Assembly: GCA_965216785.1 (NCBI GenBank)
Contig: OZ244197.1
Coordinates: forward strand, 2,048,001-2,112,000
From: Thermodesulfobacteriota bacterium
Lineage (GTDB): Bacteria > Desulfobacterota_D > UBA1144 > Nemesobacterales > UBA2774
Reading direction: 5' to 3'
Length of the DNA stretch: 64,000 nt
In this document: piece after piece, positions 29,736 to 37,452 of the stretch
Layout of the letters: the number at the start of each line of letters is the position of its first letter
Numbering within the stretch: the first letter of the stretch is position 1
Position numbers and translations under genes: made by a program
The notes under the pieces: model-generated
Database searches by the model: none
What the model was told of the DNA's origin: nothing
What the model saw: only the letters and a program-made list of their open reading frames with translations

Positions 29736-30344
29736 ATGGTCATGAATAACTTAAGTCCACTAAGCGAGGCGTGCGAGAGGAACAAGGGGCCCATACTGAA
29801 AATTCTCCGCGGGGCGTTTAGGGATGTACGCTCGGTGCTGGAGATCGGAAGCGGCACGGGGCAGCACGCTGTTCATTTCGCGAAGAACCTGCCGTACCTT
29901 ACCTGGCAGCCTAGTGATCTGCCTGAGTACCTGCCCGGCATTAAGGCGAGGCTGGAACAAGAGGGCTCATCTAACATTGAGGAGCCCGTTCTGCTTGACG
30001 TTACCGCGAGGCCCTGGGAAGTAGGGAGTTTCGAGGGTGTATTCACTGCAAATACGTTTCACATTATGTCAGAAGCTTTGGTGGAGCTGTTCTTTCTCGG
30101 TCTTGATGCGGCGCTCAAGGACGGCGGGACTCTGTGCGTATACGGCCCGTTCAATTACGGCGGGGAATATACGAGCGAGAGTAACGAGAGGTTCGATGAA
30201 TTCCTCCAGAGCCGCGACCGGAAAAGCGGCATAAGGGATTTTGAGTGGGTGAACTCTCTTGGGGAGGCCCGAGGACTCAAACTGCTGCACGATCACGAAA
30301 TGCCCGCCAATAACCGCCTGCTCGAATGGCGGAAAGTATCTTAA
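29736..30344 (+). CDS. DUF938 family SAM-dependent methyltransferase
   Basis: ACERNKGPIL, VLEIGSGTGQH, WQPSD, YGPF, SNERFD, MPANN. Confidence 0.92.
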   Translation: MVMNNLSPLSEACERNKGPILKILRGAFRDVRSVLEIGSGTGQHAVHFAKNLPYLTWQPSDLPEYLPGIKARLEQEGSSNIEEPVLLDVTARPWEVGSFEGVFTANTFHIMSEALVELFFLGLDAALKDGGTLCVYGPFNYGGEYTSESNERFDEFLQSRDRKSGIRDFEWVNSLGEARGLKLLHDHEMPANNRLLEWRKVS

Positions 30345-30448
30345 ATAAACTTATCTTACTTATTTATTAGAGAAACAGATTGTTTCCTTCCCTGGTAGCT
30401 GATATAATCGGAAAGACCAGTAAAAGCTTAAGTCAAGGAGGTAGTTAT

Positions 30449-30895
30449 ATGTACTTATTTAGATATATATGGAGCATTGCGCCGGTTTTTCTAATAATAG
30501 CCGCATTATCAATTGGTAGTGAGGTGAATGCCCAGGAAACAGAGGCAACGGTCGAAGAGCAGGTAGCTGCGGAGATGCCGGTGCTCAAAGGGGACATCTG
30601 GGTAACTATGACCCCCGCGTCCAAGCTCGCTTTCGTGTGGGGAGCCGGGCACGTGGTAACCATCGAGCAGGTGCTGATGCGTCAGTACCCCGAGCTTAAG
30701 AGAGAGAGTTTTGTTCTTAAGGTCGCGGAGTCTCAGGCCGCGAGTCCTATGAAAATGCAGGAAGTTGTCGCAACTGTAGATAACTTCTACACTCAAAACC
30801 CCGATAAGCTGGAGACGCCGGTTATGCACGTAATCTGGGACACGATGATAGTACCCAACATCCAGACCGGTATAGGCGGACAGCCGGTTAATTAG
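30449..30895 (+). CDS. Hypothetical exported protein
   Basis: AAGGAGGT SD, signal peptide, G..W..M....KLAFVWG and VDNFY..NPD motifs. Confidence 0.7.
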   Translation: MYLFRYIWSIAPVFLIIAALSIGSEVNAQETEATVEEQVAAEMPVLKGDIWVTMTPASKLAFVWGAGHVVTIEQVLMRQYPELKRESFVLKVAESQAASPMKMQEVVATVDNFYTQNPDKLETPVMHVIWDTMIVPNIQTGIGGQPVN

Positions 30896-30898
30896 AAT

Positions 30899-30990
30899 GA
30901 GGACAGAGGCTGGGGGCCGCGAGCGAACATAGTGTGTGAGCGAGAGCAGGCATAAAATATAAGCGAGCGATGCCGGGGTAGGAATAAAAT
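30899..30990. repeat. Modular REP-like repeat, copy 1 (G-rich strand on +)
   Basis: Reverse complement of modules at 38030-38171 and 52207-52555 (GGACAGAGGCTGGGGGCCGCGAGCGAAC...; AGCGATGCCGGGG). Confidence 0.85.
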
Positions 30991-31014
30991 TATTAATACC
31001 AAGGAGAATAAACA

Positions 31015-31233
31015 ATGAAAAATGTTAAATATTTGATCGCGGGACTAGTACTCGTAACTTGCCTCACCGGGTGCTCCGGGATGTCGAGCACAGAGAAGAG
31101 CACGCTTGGCGGCGCGGCTATCGGCGCGGGCGCCGGAGCGGGTATCACAGCCATAGCCGGGGGTAACCCTTGGGTGGGAGCAGGGCTCGGAGCCGCAGCG
31201 GGCGGACTGACCGGGTACTTAGTCGGGAAATAG
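31015..31233 (+). CDS. Glycine-zipper lipoprotein
   Basis: Lipobox LTGC and GAAIGAGAGA...GAGLGAAAGG. Confidence 0.85.
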   Translation: MKNVKYLIAGLVLVTCLTGCSGMSSTEKSTLGGAAIGAGAGAGITAIAGGNPWVGAGLGAAAGGLTGYLVGK

Positions 31234-31258
31234 GGATTTTTAAAAGACAGCTCCCATA

Positions 31259-31744
31259 TTATTCGCCGGGGTGCAGAAAACTTTCGGTTGAGAGCACGGC
31301 CGCGTATGTCATATATGAGGCGACTGCGCCCGCGAACACCGCGACTGCCGGTATTACAATATAGGTGGATATCTCGGCGTATTTCGGAAAGGCGGCTCTT
31401 AACAGCAGTGCCAGGCCCAGGACGAAAATAAACGCAAGTACCGCGCGAAAGAGCGCTTTAATGAGAGTTATCCTGAACCAGGGGATATCTCCCGCGCCTT
31501 CTTCCTTATGGGTCTTGAGTGTAATCCAGACCGTGACAAACGTGACTGCTATGCTTATTATTAGGGCTCTAGGGATTAACGCGCCTATTAAAGAGTGGTT
31601 CCATTTCTCAGCAACAAGCGCGAACAGCGGTACTTCGGTCTTACCCATAAGCGCGAAATAGAGGATCACGATGTTTACGATTCCCGCGGCTATACCGCTT
31701 GTCAGGGCGCGTCTTTTCGCAAACTTTATCAATATTTCCGACAT
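31259..31744 (-). CDS. Hypothetical 4-TM membrane protein
   Basis: 161 aa with four hydrophobic segments. Confidence 0.65.
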   Translation of the reverse strand: MSEILIKFAKRRALTSGIAAGIVNIVILYFALMGKTEVPLFALVAEKWNHSLIGALIPRALIISIAVTFVTVWITLKTHKEEGAGDIPWFRITLIKALFRAVLAFIFVLGLALLLRAAFPKYAEISTYIVIPAVAVFAGAVASYMTYAAVLSTESFLHPGE

Positions 31745-31881
31745 CAGAGTAGTTATGATACATTAAAAATTGTATATCTATAAGCCGGGCTTTAGTTTTT
31801 ATAAAACTGCAATAGCATGCTATTAAGATGTCTTAATCTTGCTCACAGACACATAGTAGGTACAATTAATCTCTCAACTGC

Positions 31882-31958
31882 GCGCCCGTAGCTCAACTGG
31901 ACAGAGTGCTTGACTACGGATCAAGAGGTTGGGGGTTCGACTCCCTCCGGGCGCGCCA
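31882..31958 (+). tRNA. tRNA-Arg (anticodon ACG)
   Basis: Acceptor stem GCGCCCG/CGGGCGC, anticodon arm CTTGA-CTACGGA-TCAAG, GGTTCGACTCC T-arm, encoded CCA. Upstream TTGCTC/TACAAT promoter. Confidence 0.97.
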
Positions 31959-32002
31959 GGATATCCTGCTAGTCAGATATTAGCAACATAGTGAGTAGTC
32001 AA

Positions 32003-32255
32003 GACTGCGGATCAAGAGTTGGGGGTACAAATCCGAGCGAGCGAGGATTTGGTCCAATTTGAGAGAAGTATCGGAATTACAAGACTTGGAAATTTGACGG
32101 GTATTAAAGAGAGCGAGGACTTGGTCCATGCTCTTAGAATTGAAAAATTTGCAATACTTGGCAAGTGCGGATGGATCGAAGTTTAACACTCCCTCCGGGC
32201 GCGCCAGGAAATCACATTTTAAACATATCTTGCGACATAAGGGAGTAGTCAAGAC
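32003..32255 (+). repeat. Degenerate duplicate of the tRNA-Arg 3' half plus trailer, interrupted by a ~160-bp insertion
   Basis: 32003-32026 matches the anticodon-to-T-stem region. 32188-32209 is an exact 22-bp copy of 31940-31961. Both units end in GAGTAGTCAAGAC. Confidence 0.85.
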
Positions 32256-32257
32256 CG

Positions 32258-32890
32258 ATGACAGGTAAAGAAAGCTTAGAGCAGAAGCTGGACAAAGAGG
32301 TAGAGGATTACTTAGAAGTGGTAGAGGGGACGGAGGAGATCACATCGCTTATGGGGGACGGTATATCCCGTGAGGACTATGTGAGGCTACTTAAGACCTG
32401 CTACGTTATTGAGCACGTAAGCCGGAGTGCGGTGCTGCTCGCAAGTGACGTGACCGAGAATACCAACCCTTATCTAAGCAAGAGGTTCAAGTTCTGCGCT
32501 AAAGGTGAGGAGGGGCACGCAGAGATGGCTCTTAGGGACTTAAAGGATATGGGCGTAAAGGGAGTTAAGCTTTCGGATTTGCCGCATGTTGAGGACTATG
32601 GCTCTATGCTTATGGACACCGCCGAGAATTTCCCCCTCGGGATACTCGGCCATTCCTACCTTTTCGAGAACGCTTCGGGGATTATGTTCCCGAAACACAG
32701 CGGCCACGACTATCCATCTGAATTTATCCGGGTCCACGCCAAGGAAGACCCCGGGCACTCGATTGCCATAAAGAGGACCGTGAGGCACCTTGAGAGTGAT
32801 CTCTCGGAAGATGATATAGAGAACACCGCCAGGTTCGCGCGCGAGAGCGGGGAGTTTCTTCTGAGGATCTTCCAGGACATTCAGGGCTGA
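32258..32890 (+). CDS. Heme-oxygenase-like iron-containing redox enzyme (HDO/TenA/PqqC superfamily)
   Basis: EEGH, SYLFE and FIRVHAKEDPGH metal-ligand pattern; all-helical. Confidence 0.7.
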   Translation: MTGKESLEQKLDKEVEDYLEVVEGTEEITSLMGDGISREDYVRLLKTCYVIEHVSRSAVLLASDVTENTNPYLSKRFKFCAKGEEGHAEMALRDLKDMGVKGVKLSDLPHVEDYGSMLMDTAENFPLGILGHSYLFENASGIMFPKHSGHDYPSEFIRVHAKEDPGHSIAIKRTVRHLESDLSEDDIENTARFARESGEFLLRIFQDIQG

Positions 32891-32932
32891 GTACTGAATC
32901 CATTATTGTGAAGTATTAAAGAAAGTTCTTCT

Positions 32933-33100
32933 CTTCTTTTGAATGATCAAAAGAAGCAAAAATCACCGCCTAGACATAAATTACGCTAAAAATTAATTAT
33001 TCCAGCTAAACCTTATAATTCCACCCCATCCCATATAAGGTTTTTAACGCTTCCATAATTCATTTTCTTAACGCTATTTATGTATGTCGGAATCTTAAAA
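32933..33100. ncRNA. ~170-nt structured repeat / putative ncRNA, copy A
   Basis: Similar to 59610-59779. Nested stems with compensatory changes and a possible 5' pseudoknot. Confidence 0.7.
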
Positions 33101-33132
33101 ACAATATTGTTGCCTTGTTCTCTGGCTTGGAA

Positions 33133-33226
33133 TGGCGGAGAGGGTGGGATTTGAACCCACGAAAGGGTATAAGCCCTTTACTCGCTTAGCAGGCGAGCGC
33201 CTTCGACCGTACTCGGCCACCTCTCC
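33133..33226 (-). tRNA. tRNA-Ser (anticodon GCT)
   Basis: GGAGAGG/CCTCTCC acceptor stem, CTCGC-CTGCTAA-GCGAG anticodon arm, long variable arm, GGTTCAAATCC, CCA. Confidence 0.97.
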
Positions 33227-33273
33227 GTGCGTTGGTTTTTATCGTAGGGGTGAGATTATACCAGTATCATGAG

Positions 33274-33365
33274 AAAAAATCTAACTCGCCCAAAGATGCC
33301 GATGATGGGGGTTCCTTAGGAGGGTTAGTACACTTGTGTACTCACTTCCTTCGGGCGAGTTAGAT
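33274..33365 (-). ncRNA. Putative small RNA or large-loop terminator with C-rich loops
   Basis: 13-bp perfect stem ATCTAACTCGCCC/GGGCGAGTTAGAT followed by a U-run on -. Internal hairpin AGTACAC/GTGTACT. Loop contains ACCCTCC and ACCCCC. Confidence 0.45.
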
Positions 33366-33416
33366 GTATGTTACATAGGGGTCGTAGATAAGCCGATATC
33401 TTTAAATTTAGTAATG

Positions 33417-33452
33417 AAAAGTCCCGGGCGCGGAGGGTCAGGCCGCGCCCGG
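33417..33452 (-). terminator. Intrinsic terminator of the RHH-hicAB operon
   Basis: 10-bp GC stem CCGGGCGCGG/CCGCGCCCGG followed by ACTTTT on -. Confidence 0.7.
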
Positions 33453-33497
33453 ATGTAGATGGGGGACAAATAGGAATGCTGTGTTTAGTAGTATTCA

Positions 33498-33920
33498 TCA
33501 TGATGCCTGTCTTATGTCGAAAAATGTCGAAGTACTATCCGGCTCACAATGTATTATGCCGTCCTGTCTGAGTCCTTCTAAGTGAAGGCGCACAGAGCTC
33601 AGCATCAGTTCCTTGGTCTCGTCGAGCGTGTCGCCTACGGCAACGCATCCCGGAAGGTCGGGGCAGTAAGCCGAGTAGCAATTCTGCGATTTTTCTACTG
33701 TAATCTCATAGTGCTCGCGCTCCGTAACGGCTTCTGTATCGAAGCAGTGTTTCAGAGAGTAATAAAGAGCGCCTTCCGGTAGTTCTTTATCCATCATACA
33801 GTTGAGCGTCACTCTTTGCTTTCTGCTCCTTAGTTTGAACTGTCGGTGGCTGCCGCATATCCTGACCAGGTACCACCCGTTATTCTCGACCAAAAACTTG
33901 ATTACCTCTCTAACTTTCAT
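33498..33920 (-). CDS. HicA toxin - HicB antitoxin in-frame fusion protein
   Basis: aa 1-60 MKVREVIK...GWYLVR.CGSHRQFK...RVT...ELP.G.L (HicA, catalytic His25). aa 70-140 YEITVEK...YSAYCPDLPGCVAVGDT...HLEGLRQDG (HicB). No stop between the two; GGAGAGG SD. Confidence 0.85.
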   Translation of the reverse strand: MKVREVIKFLVENNGWYLVRICGSHRQFKLRSRKQRVTLNCMMDKELPEGALYYSLKHCFDTEAVTEREHYEITVEKSQNCYSAYCPDLPGCVAVGDTLDETKELMLSSVRLHLEGLRQDGIIHCEPDSTSTFFDIRQAS

Positions 33921-33960
33921 TTACCATCCTCTCCGTATGTGTTTTCGTTGAAAGCCAGCT

Positions 33961-34182
33961 TTAATCGTCTTCTTGTTTGAACATTGCTACATTCTTAAAT
34001 TCCTCACCGGTCATTGCATTATCGAGATACTGTGTAAGAGCCTCCTCTATGATCTTGGATTGGCTAGTTCTCGATACGAAAGAGTACAACCTGAGCCTTT
34101 CGTAAAGCATTGAGGGTATGTAAAGAGACCCTCTGTGCATCTTCTGCGGGTTAGCCCGCTGCTGTATAGTTGCCGCTGTCAC
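33961..34182 (-). CDS. Ribbon-helix-helix (CopG/Arc-like) DNA-binding protein
   Basis: Beta-strand RGSLYIP, helix SMLYERLRLYS, helix SQSKIIEEALTQYL. Confidence 0.8.
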   Translation of the reverse strand: MTAATIQQRANPQKMHRGSLYIPSMLYERLRLYSFVSRTSQSKIIEEALTQYLDNAMTGEEFKNVAMFKQEDD

Positions 34183-34188
34183 AATCTA

Positions 34189-34217
34189 TTTATAGCATCA
34201 TTACGTAATGATGTCAA
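34189..34217 (-). promoter_or_regulatory. Sigma70 promoter containing an 18-bp palindromic operator; leaderless start
   Basis: On -: TTGACA-17-TATAAA with an extended TGn. Palindrome CATCATTACGTAATGATG at 34196-34213. GTG start 6 nt after the -10. Confidence 0.8.
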
Positions 34218-34396
34218 TAGGGTATTTTATTAAGATCGCAAAATTCACCTGATATAACAGCACTTTCGGCGTTTTGGCCATATTTTAATTAGTTTTTGTG
34301 AATCGCAAGCAGTGTGTTATATGACACAATTTAGGGGAAAAACGGGTTTTTTTGGCAATTTTCTAAAGAGAATGAAAAGGGGTGGATTTCTGCCTT

Positions 34397-34537
34397 CCCG
34401 GCATCGGCTGGAATAGGGACAGAGGCTGGGGGCAGCCACGATCCGGGGGAATAAAGTCAGAAAGTGTGATGCCGGGGTGGGTGATATAAAAAAACAGAGG
34501 CGACCCTTCGACTGCACACTGTGTATGCGCTCAGGGT
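34397..34537. repeat. Modular REP-like repeat, copy 2, plus a CCCTTCGACT...CGCTCAGGG hairpin element
   Basis: CCCGGCATC/GATGCCGGG inverted pair flanking GGGACAGAGGCTGGGGGCAGCC. Second REP-type motif at 34503-34537. Confidence 0.7.
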
Positions 34538-34583
34538 ATGCGGCTTTAGTATTGTAGTGGTCATAGCATAGTGATGTCTATCT

Positions 34584-35888
34584 TTATGCTGTGCTTTTTC
34601 TTCTGACCGCGAGCAATCCAGCCATGCCCAGAATTACCGCTGCAGCGAACATACCCCACTGGCTCAGAGTCGGTATCGCGACCGGAAGACACCGGTATAA
34701 ATATACTTGTAGCTCATCGTTAGTAGTGTTCGGAAGTATGTTGCCCGTTGAGCTAAACGTAAGGAGCTCTCCCGTGGCGTCGAGCTTAGGGTTTTGATTA
34801 AAGCCTGTCGTAAGGTTAGTTATCTGCTCGAAAGTGTCATCGGCAATGTTAAAAGTAAATAACTGCTGTATTCCTAAAGGGTTTTGGCCCGTTAAATTGG
34901 CCGGCGATTGAAATACGATAATGTTGCCATTGGCGTTGACAAAGGGGTTTTGATTCTCGAGTCCTGTGAATGTGACCTGAGTAATAACACCTGTATCGTA
35001 AAAGTAAATCTCGCGGGCGTTTCCGGGGTTTCCGCCGTTAATATTTGAGGTGCTCTCAAATGAGATTATCGTGCCGGTTGAGTTAAGTGAAGGGTCGAAG
35101 CTGTTTCCGTTATCCTCCATCGTAATAGGAATGAATGTTGAAGAACCTATGTTGAAAGTATAAATCTCCTGGTTCTTGTTTGGGTTAGTGCCGTTTATGT
35201 CTGCAGAGCTTTCAAAGCCTATTATAGTACCGTTTAAGTTTATGAACGGATCTCTACTATTTTCCAAAGAATCGGTCACTTGTGTGATTATGCCGTTTGC
35301 AGGGGTTACGAAATATATTTCCGAGCTGAGGTCCCCGTTTCCGCCGTTTATGTCGGAGTCAGACTGAAAGGTGATAATGCCTCCGGCTCCGTCTATGGAT
35401 GGACTGAATATGTTCTTGCCGTCGTCTATATTGGTTAACTGCTGGAAGGTGCTCGTATTTACGTCAAAGAGTAAAAGTTGATTCTCGTTATTAGAGTTGC
35501 CGCCTGTAATGTCAGCTGTGGATAAAAACGCGATCTTCGAGCAATCGTTGTTAACATCAGCGGTATCGTTCTGACCGTCGATATTGCCTGGTGTAATTTG
35601 AGTGAGCTTCTTGCTCTCGATATCGTAATGAAATATTTGAAAATTGTTGTTAGGATTCTGACCTGTAAGATTTGAGCTTGATTCAAAAACAACACAGCTG
35701 CCGTCCGGGCTCAGCACGGGGTTTCTGCTAGTTTCTTCAGGATCGTTCGTTAAACGCTCGAAAATACATTTTTCCTGAGCCTCCACACTTGAGACTCCTA
35801 TCAAGACTGATATTACAATAAAGAAAATAGAGATTATGACTAAACTAAATGCTGGTTTTCTATATCTTGAATTATTGGCTCTGTCCAT
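34584..35888 (-). CDS. IPTL-CTERM surface protein with TolB-like beta-propeller repeats
   Basis: ~50-aa repeats (Q.T...S..P.I...G..I.F.S..NI.G.N...IY) and C-terminal AIPTLSQWG-TM-RRK. Start uncertain (35888 has an SD). Confidence 0.85.
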   Translation of the reverse strand: MDRANNSRYRKPAFSLVIISIFFIVISVLIGVSSVEAQEKCIFERLTNDPEETSRNPVLSPDGSCVVFESSSNLTGQNPNNNFQIFHYDIESKKLTQITPGNIDGQNDTADVNNDCSKIAFLSTADITGGNSNNENQLLLFDVNTSTFQQLTNIDDGKNIFSPSIDGAGGIITFQSDSDINGGNGDLSSEIYFVTPANGIITQVTDSLENSRDPFINLNGTIIGFESSADINGTNPNKNQEIYTFNIGSSTFIPITMEDNGNSFDPSLNSTGTIISFESTSNINGGNPGNAREIYFYDTGVITQVTFTGLENQNPFVNANGNIIVFQSPANLTGQNPLGIQQLFTFNIADDTFEQITNLTTGFNQNPKLDATGELLTFSSTGNILPNTTNDELQVYLYRCLPVAIPTLSQWGMFAAAVILGMAGLLAVRRKSTA

Positions 35889-35999
35889 CCACTTTCTCCC
35901 ATAAGCAATGTTGAATACAATATCGCACAATACTCAAGAATTATCAATACCTATAATTGGTAAGCTTAGTTCGTTAAAACTAGCAAGTCGGTCGCTTTT

Positions 36000-36512
36000 C
36001 TATATCCACCTTCGTGTGCGTTTTTTATAAGTGGTGTAATCAATGCCGAATTTGCCTTCCAGGTAGCGCTCCTCGCGCTCGATTACACCCTTTTGCATGA
36101 CTATTATGAACGGGAGAGTGAGGATTAATATCCATATGTTGCTTACGAGGACGGAAATGGCGATCATAAGGAGCGCCATCGAGAGATACATCGGGTTACG
36201 GGTGAAGCGGTATATGCCCTCGGTAACTACGCTCATGGAGGGTTTACGTACGTCTATGTTAGTGCCGGCTTTTCTCATCTGAAGCACAGCCAGGCTCATT
36301 ATGAGCACGGAATAAACGAGGAAAATCGCGCCCACTATAGTGCGCAGAGGGCCGTGGATAAAATGCATCGGGAAAAGATTGTGGAGAATTACGCCTACGC
36401 CTATAAATGCGATTAAAATTAGCGGAGGAAGGGCGATCACGCCCGGGTAGTCTTTCTGAGCCGGCGCTTTTTCCCCTGCGGGCCCGGTCTTTTTTTCTTG
36501 CTCGGCGCTCAC
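36000..36512 (-). CDS. Isoprenylcysteine carboxyl methyltransferase family protein
   Basis: TM helices, GIYRFTRNPMY, EERYLEGKFG..Y..YK...RRWI. Confidence 0.88.
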   Translation of the reverse strand: MSAEQEKKTGPAGEKAPAQKDYPGVIALPPLILIAFIGVGVILHNLFPMHFIHGPLRTIVGAIFLVYSVLIMSLAVLQMRKAGTNIDVRKPSMSVVTEGIYRFTRNPMYLSMALLMIAISVLVSNIWILILTLPFIIVMQKGVIEREERYLEGKFGIDYTTYKKRTRRWI

Positions 36513-37034
36513 TTAATATCTCTCTCCCGGAGGGTGGGGCGGTCTCATTCCCTCATGCGGCGCTCCTGGCGGTCCCGGGGGTCCCATCCCAGGAGGGCCG
36601 TGGCGTCGGTGTCTTCGCATTTCTTCAATAAATTCGGAGAGGGCTTCGCGCTCTTCCTGGCTTAAGTTCTGAGCAAGCTCTGACACAGTGGATGCCATAT
36701 CCATTGTGAGTACACCCAGGAGATCGTGGAGCTCACGGGCCTCACCTTCAAACCGCTCGGGATCGAAATTCTCCGCCGTGAGTGTTTCGATAAGCTCTCT
36801 ACGTGTTTTCTCCAGCTCTATTTTAGCGCCTCTGGTCTCGCGTCTCAGCTCTTTCATGGCGCCGAGTATCATCTCCTTCTTTTCTTCTGGGAGGCTGCCT
36901 AGGGTCTCTTCCATATCTGCCCTCATTTTTCCCCAGTGGGCGGCCCGCTTTGAGAAATGGCCGATGGTAAGCCCTATGAACAGGAAATTTAATATAATTG
37001 AGATTATGAATACTGCCTTTAGTCCCTTACTCAT
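36513..37034 (-). CDS. Periplasmic heavy-metal sensor (Spy/CpxP/ZraP-like), membrane-anchored
   Basis: SIILNFLFIG anchor, helical body, L..E.FDPE, LSQEER, His/Pro-rich tail. Confidence 0.8.
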   Translation of the reverse strand: MSKGLKAVFIISIILNFLFIGLTIGHFSKRAAHWGKMRADMEETLGSLPEEKKEMILGAMKELRRETRGAKIELEKTRRELIETLTAENFDPERFEGEARELHDLLGVLTMDMASTVSELAQNLSQEEREALSEFIEEMRRHRRHGPPGMGPPGPPGAPHEGMRPPHPPGERY

Positions 37035-37452
37035 AAAGCCCTCCGTCGTTGTAAATGAGCTCGGCAATTTGAACGCCCTCGGGCTCTGAAGCCAGCTCGT
37101 TTGCCGGGTATAGGTATCCGGCTACAATCCCCACTACTAATATAATCGGTAGAGCGATTGCGGGGCTCGGGATCGGGAAGGTCGAAAATAATTCTTTTAA
37201 TGAACCGAATATGGAATTTTGTTTCTCTTGACCTATGGCGCTTGATATAATTCTATCGCTTAGTCCGTGCGAGCTTTCTTCAAACTCTCTTTGCATGAGA
37301 GCGTCCTCAAGCGATTTTTCGGCTTCGAGCAACTCCGCTAGCTCTGTTGAAGCTCTGAGCGCGCGGTTGGCGTCTTGCGCTAAGGCTTGTGGCCAACTGT
37401 CGATATCGGCGCCGTAGACGCTTAGATATTCTAAAAACTTTTCCCTATCGAT
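37027..37452 (-). CDS. Anti-sigma factor, probably initiating at a non-canonical ATC
   Basis: The in-frame extension upstream of the listed TTG reads (I)DREKFLEYLSVYGADIDSWP, an anti-sigma-type N-terminus. GGAGGTG SD lies 7 nt before ATC. One TM helix. Confidence 0.7.
   Translation of the reverse strand: MDREKFLEYLSVYGADIDSWPQALAQDANRALRASTELAELLEAEKSLEDALMQREFEESSHGLSDRIISSAIGQEKQNSIFGSLKELFSTFPIPSPAIALPIILVVGIVAGYLYPANELASEPEGVQIAELIYNDGGLYE

Noticed and set aside
31811-31824. Palindrome AATAGCATGCTATT as a sigma54 site or operator
   Set aside because: It lacks the GG and has the wrong spacing for sigma54; it is a single AT-rich occurrence with no support as an operator.
31940-32209. attL/attR of a prophage or genomic island
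   Set aside because: The 22-bp repeats are only 248 bp apart and there is no integrase or cargo; kept as a scar/repeat finding.
31980-32252. 90-aa minus ORF, plus 34317-34517, 29175-29378 and 13282-13473
   Set aside because: These span repeats or promoter regions and have no RBS or recognisable motifs.
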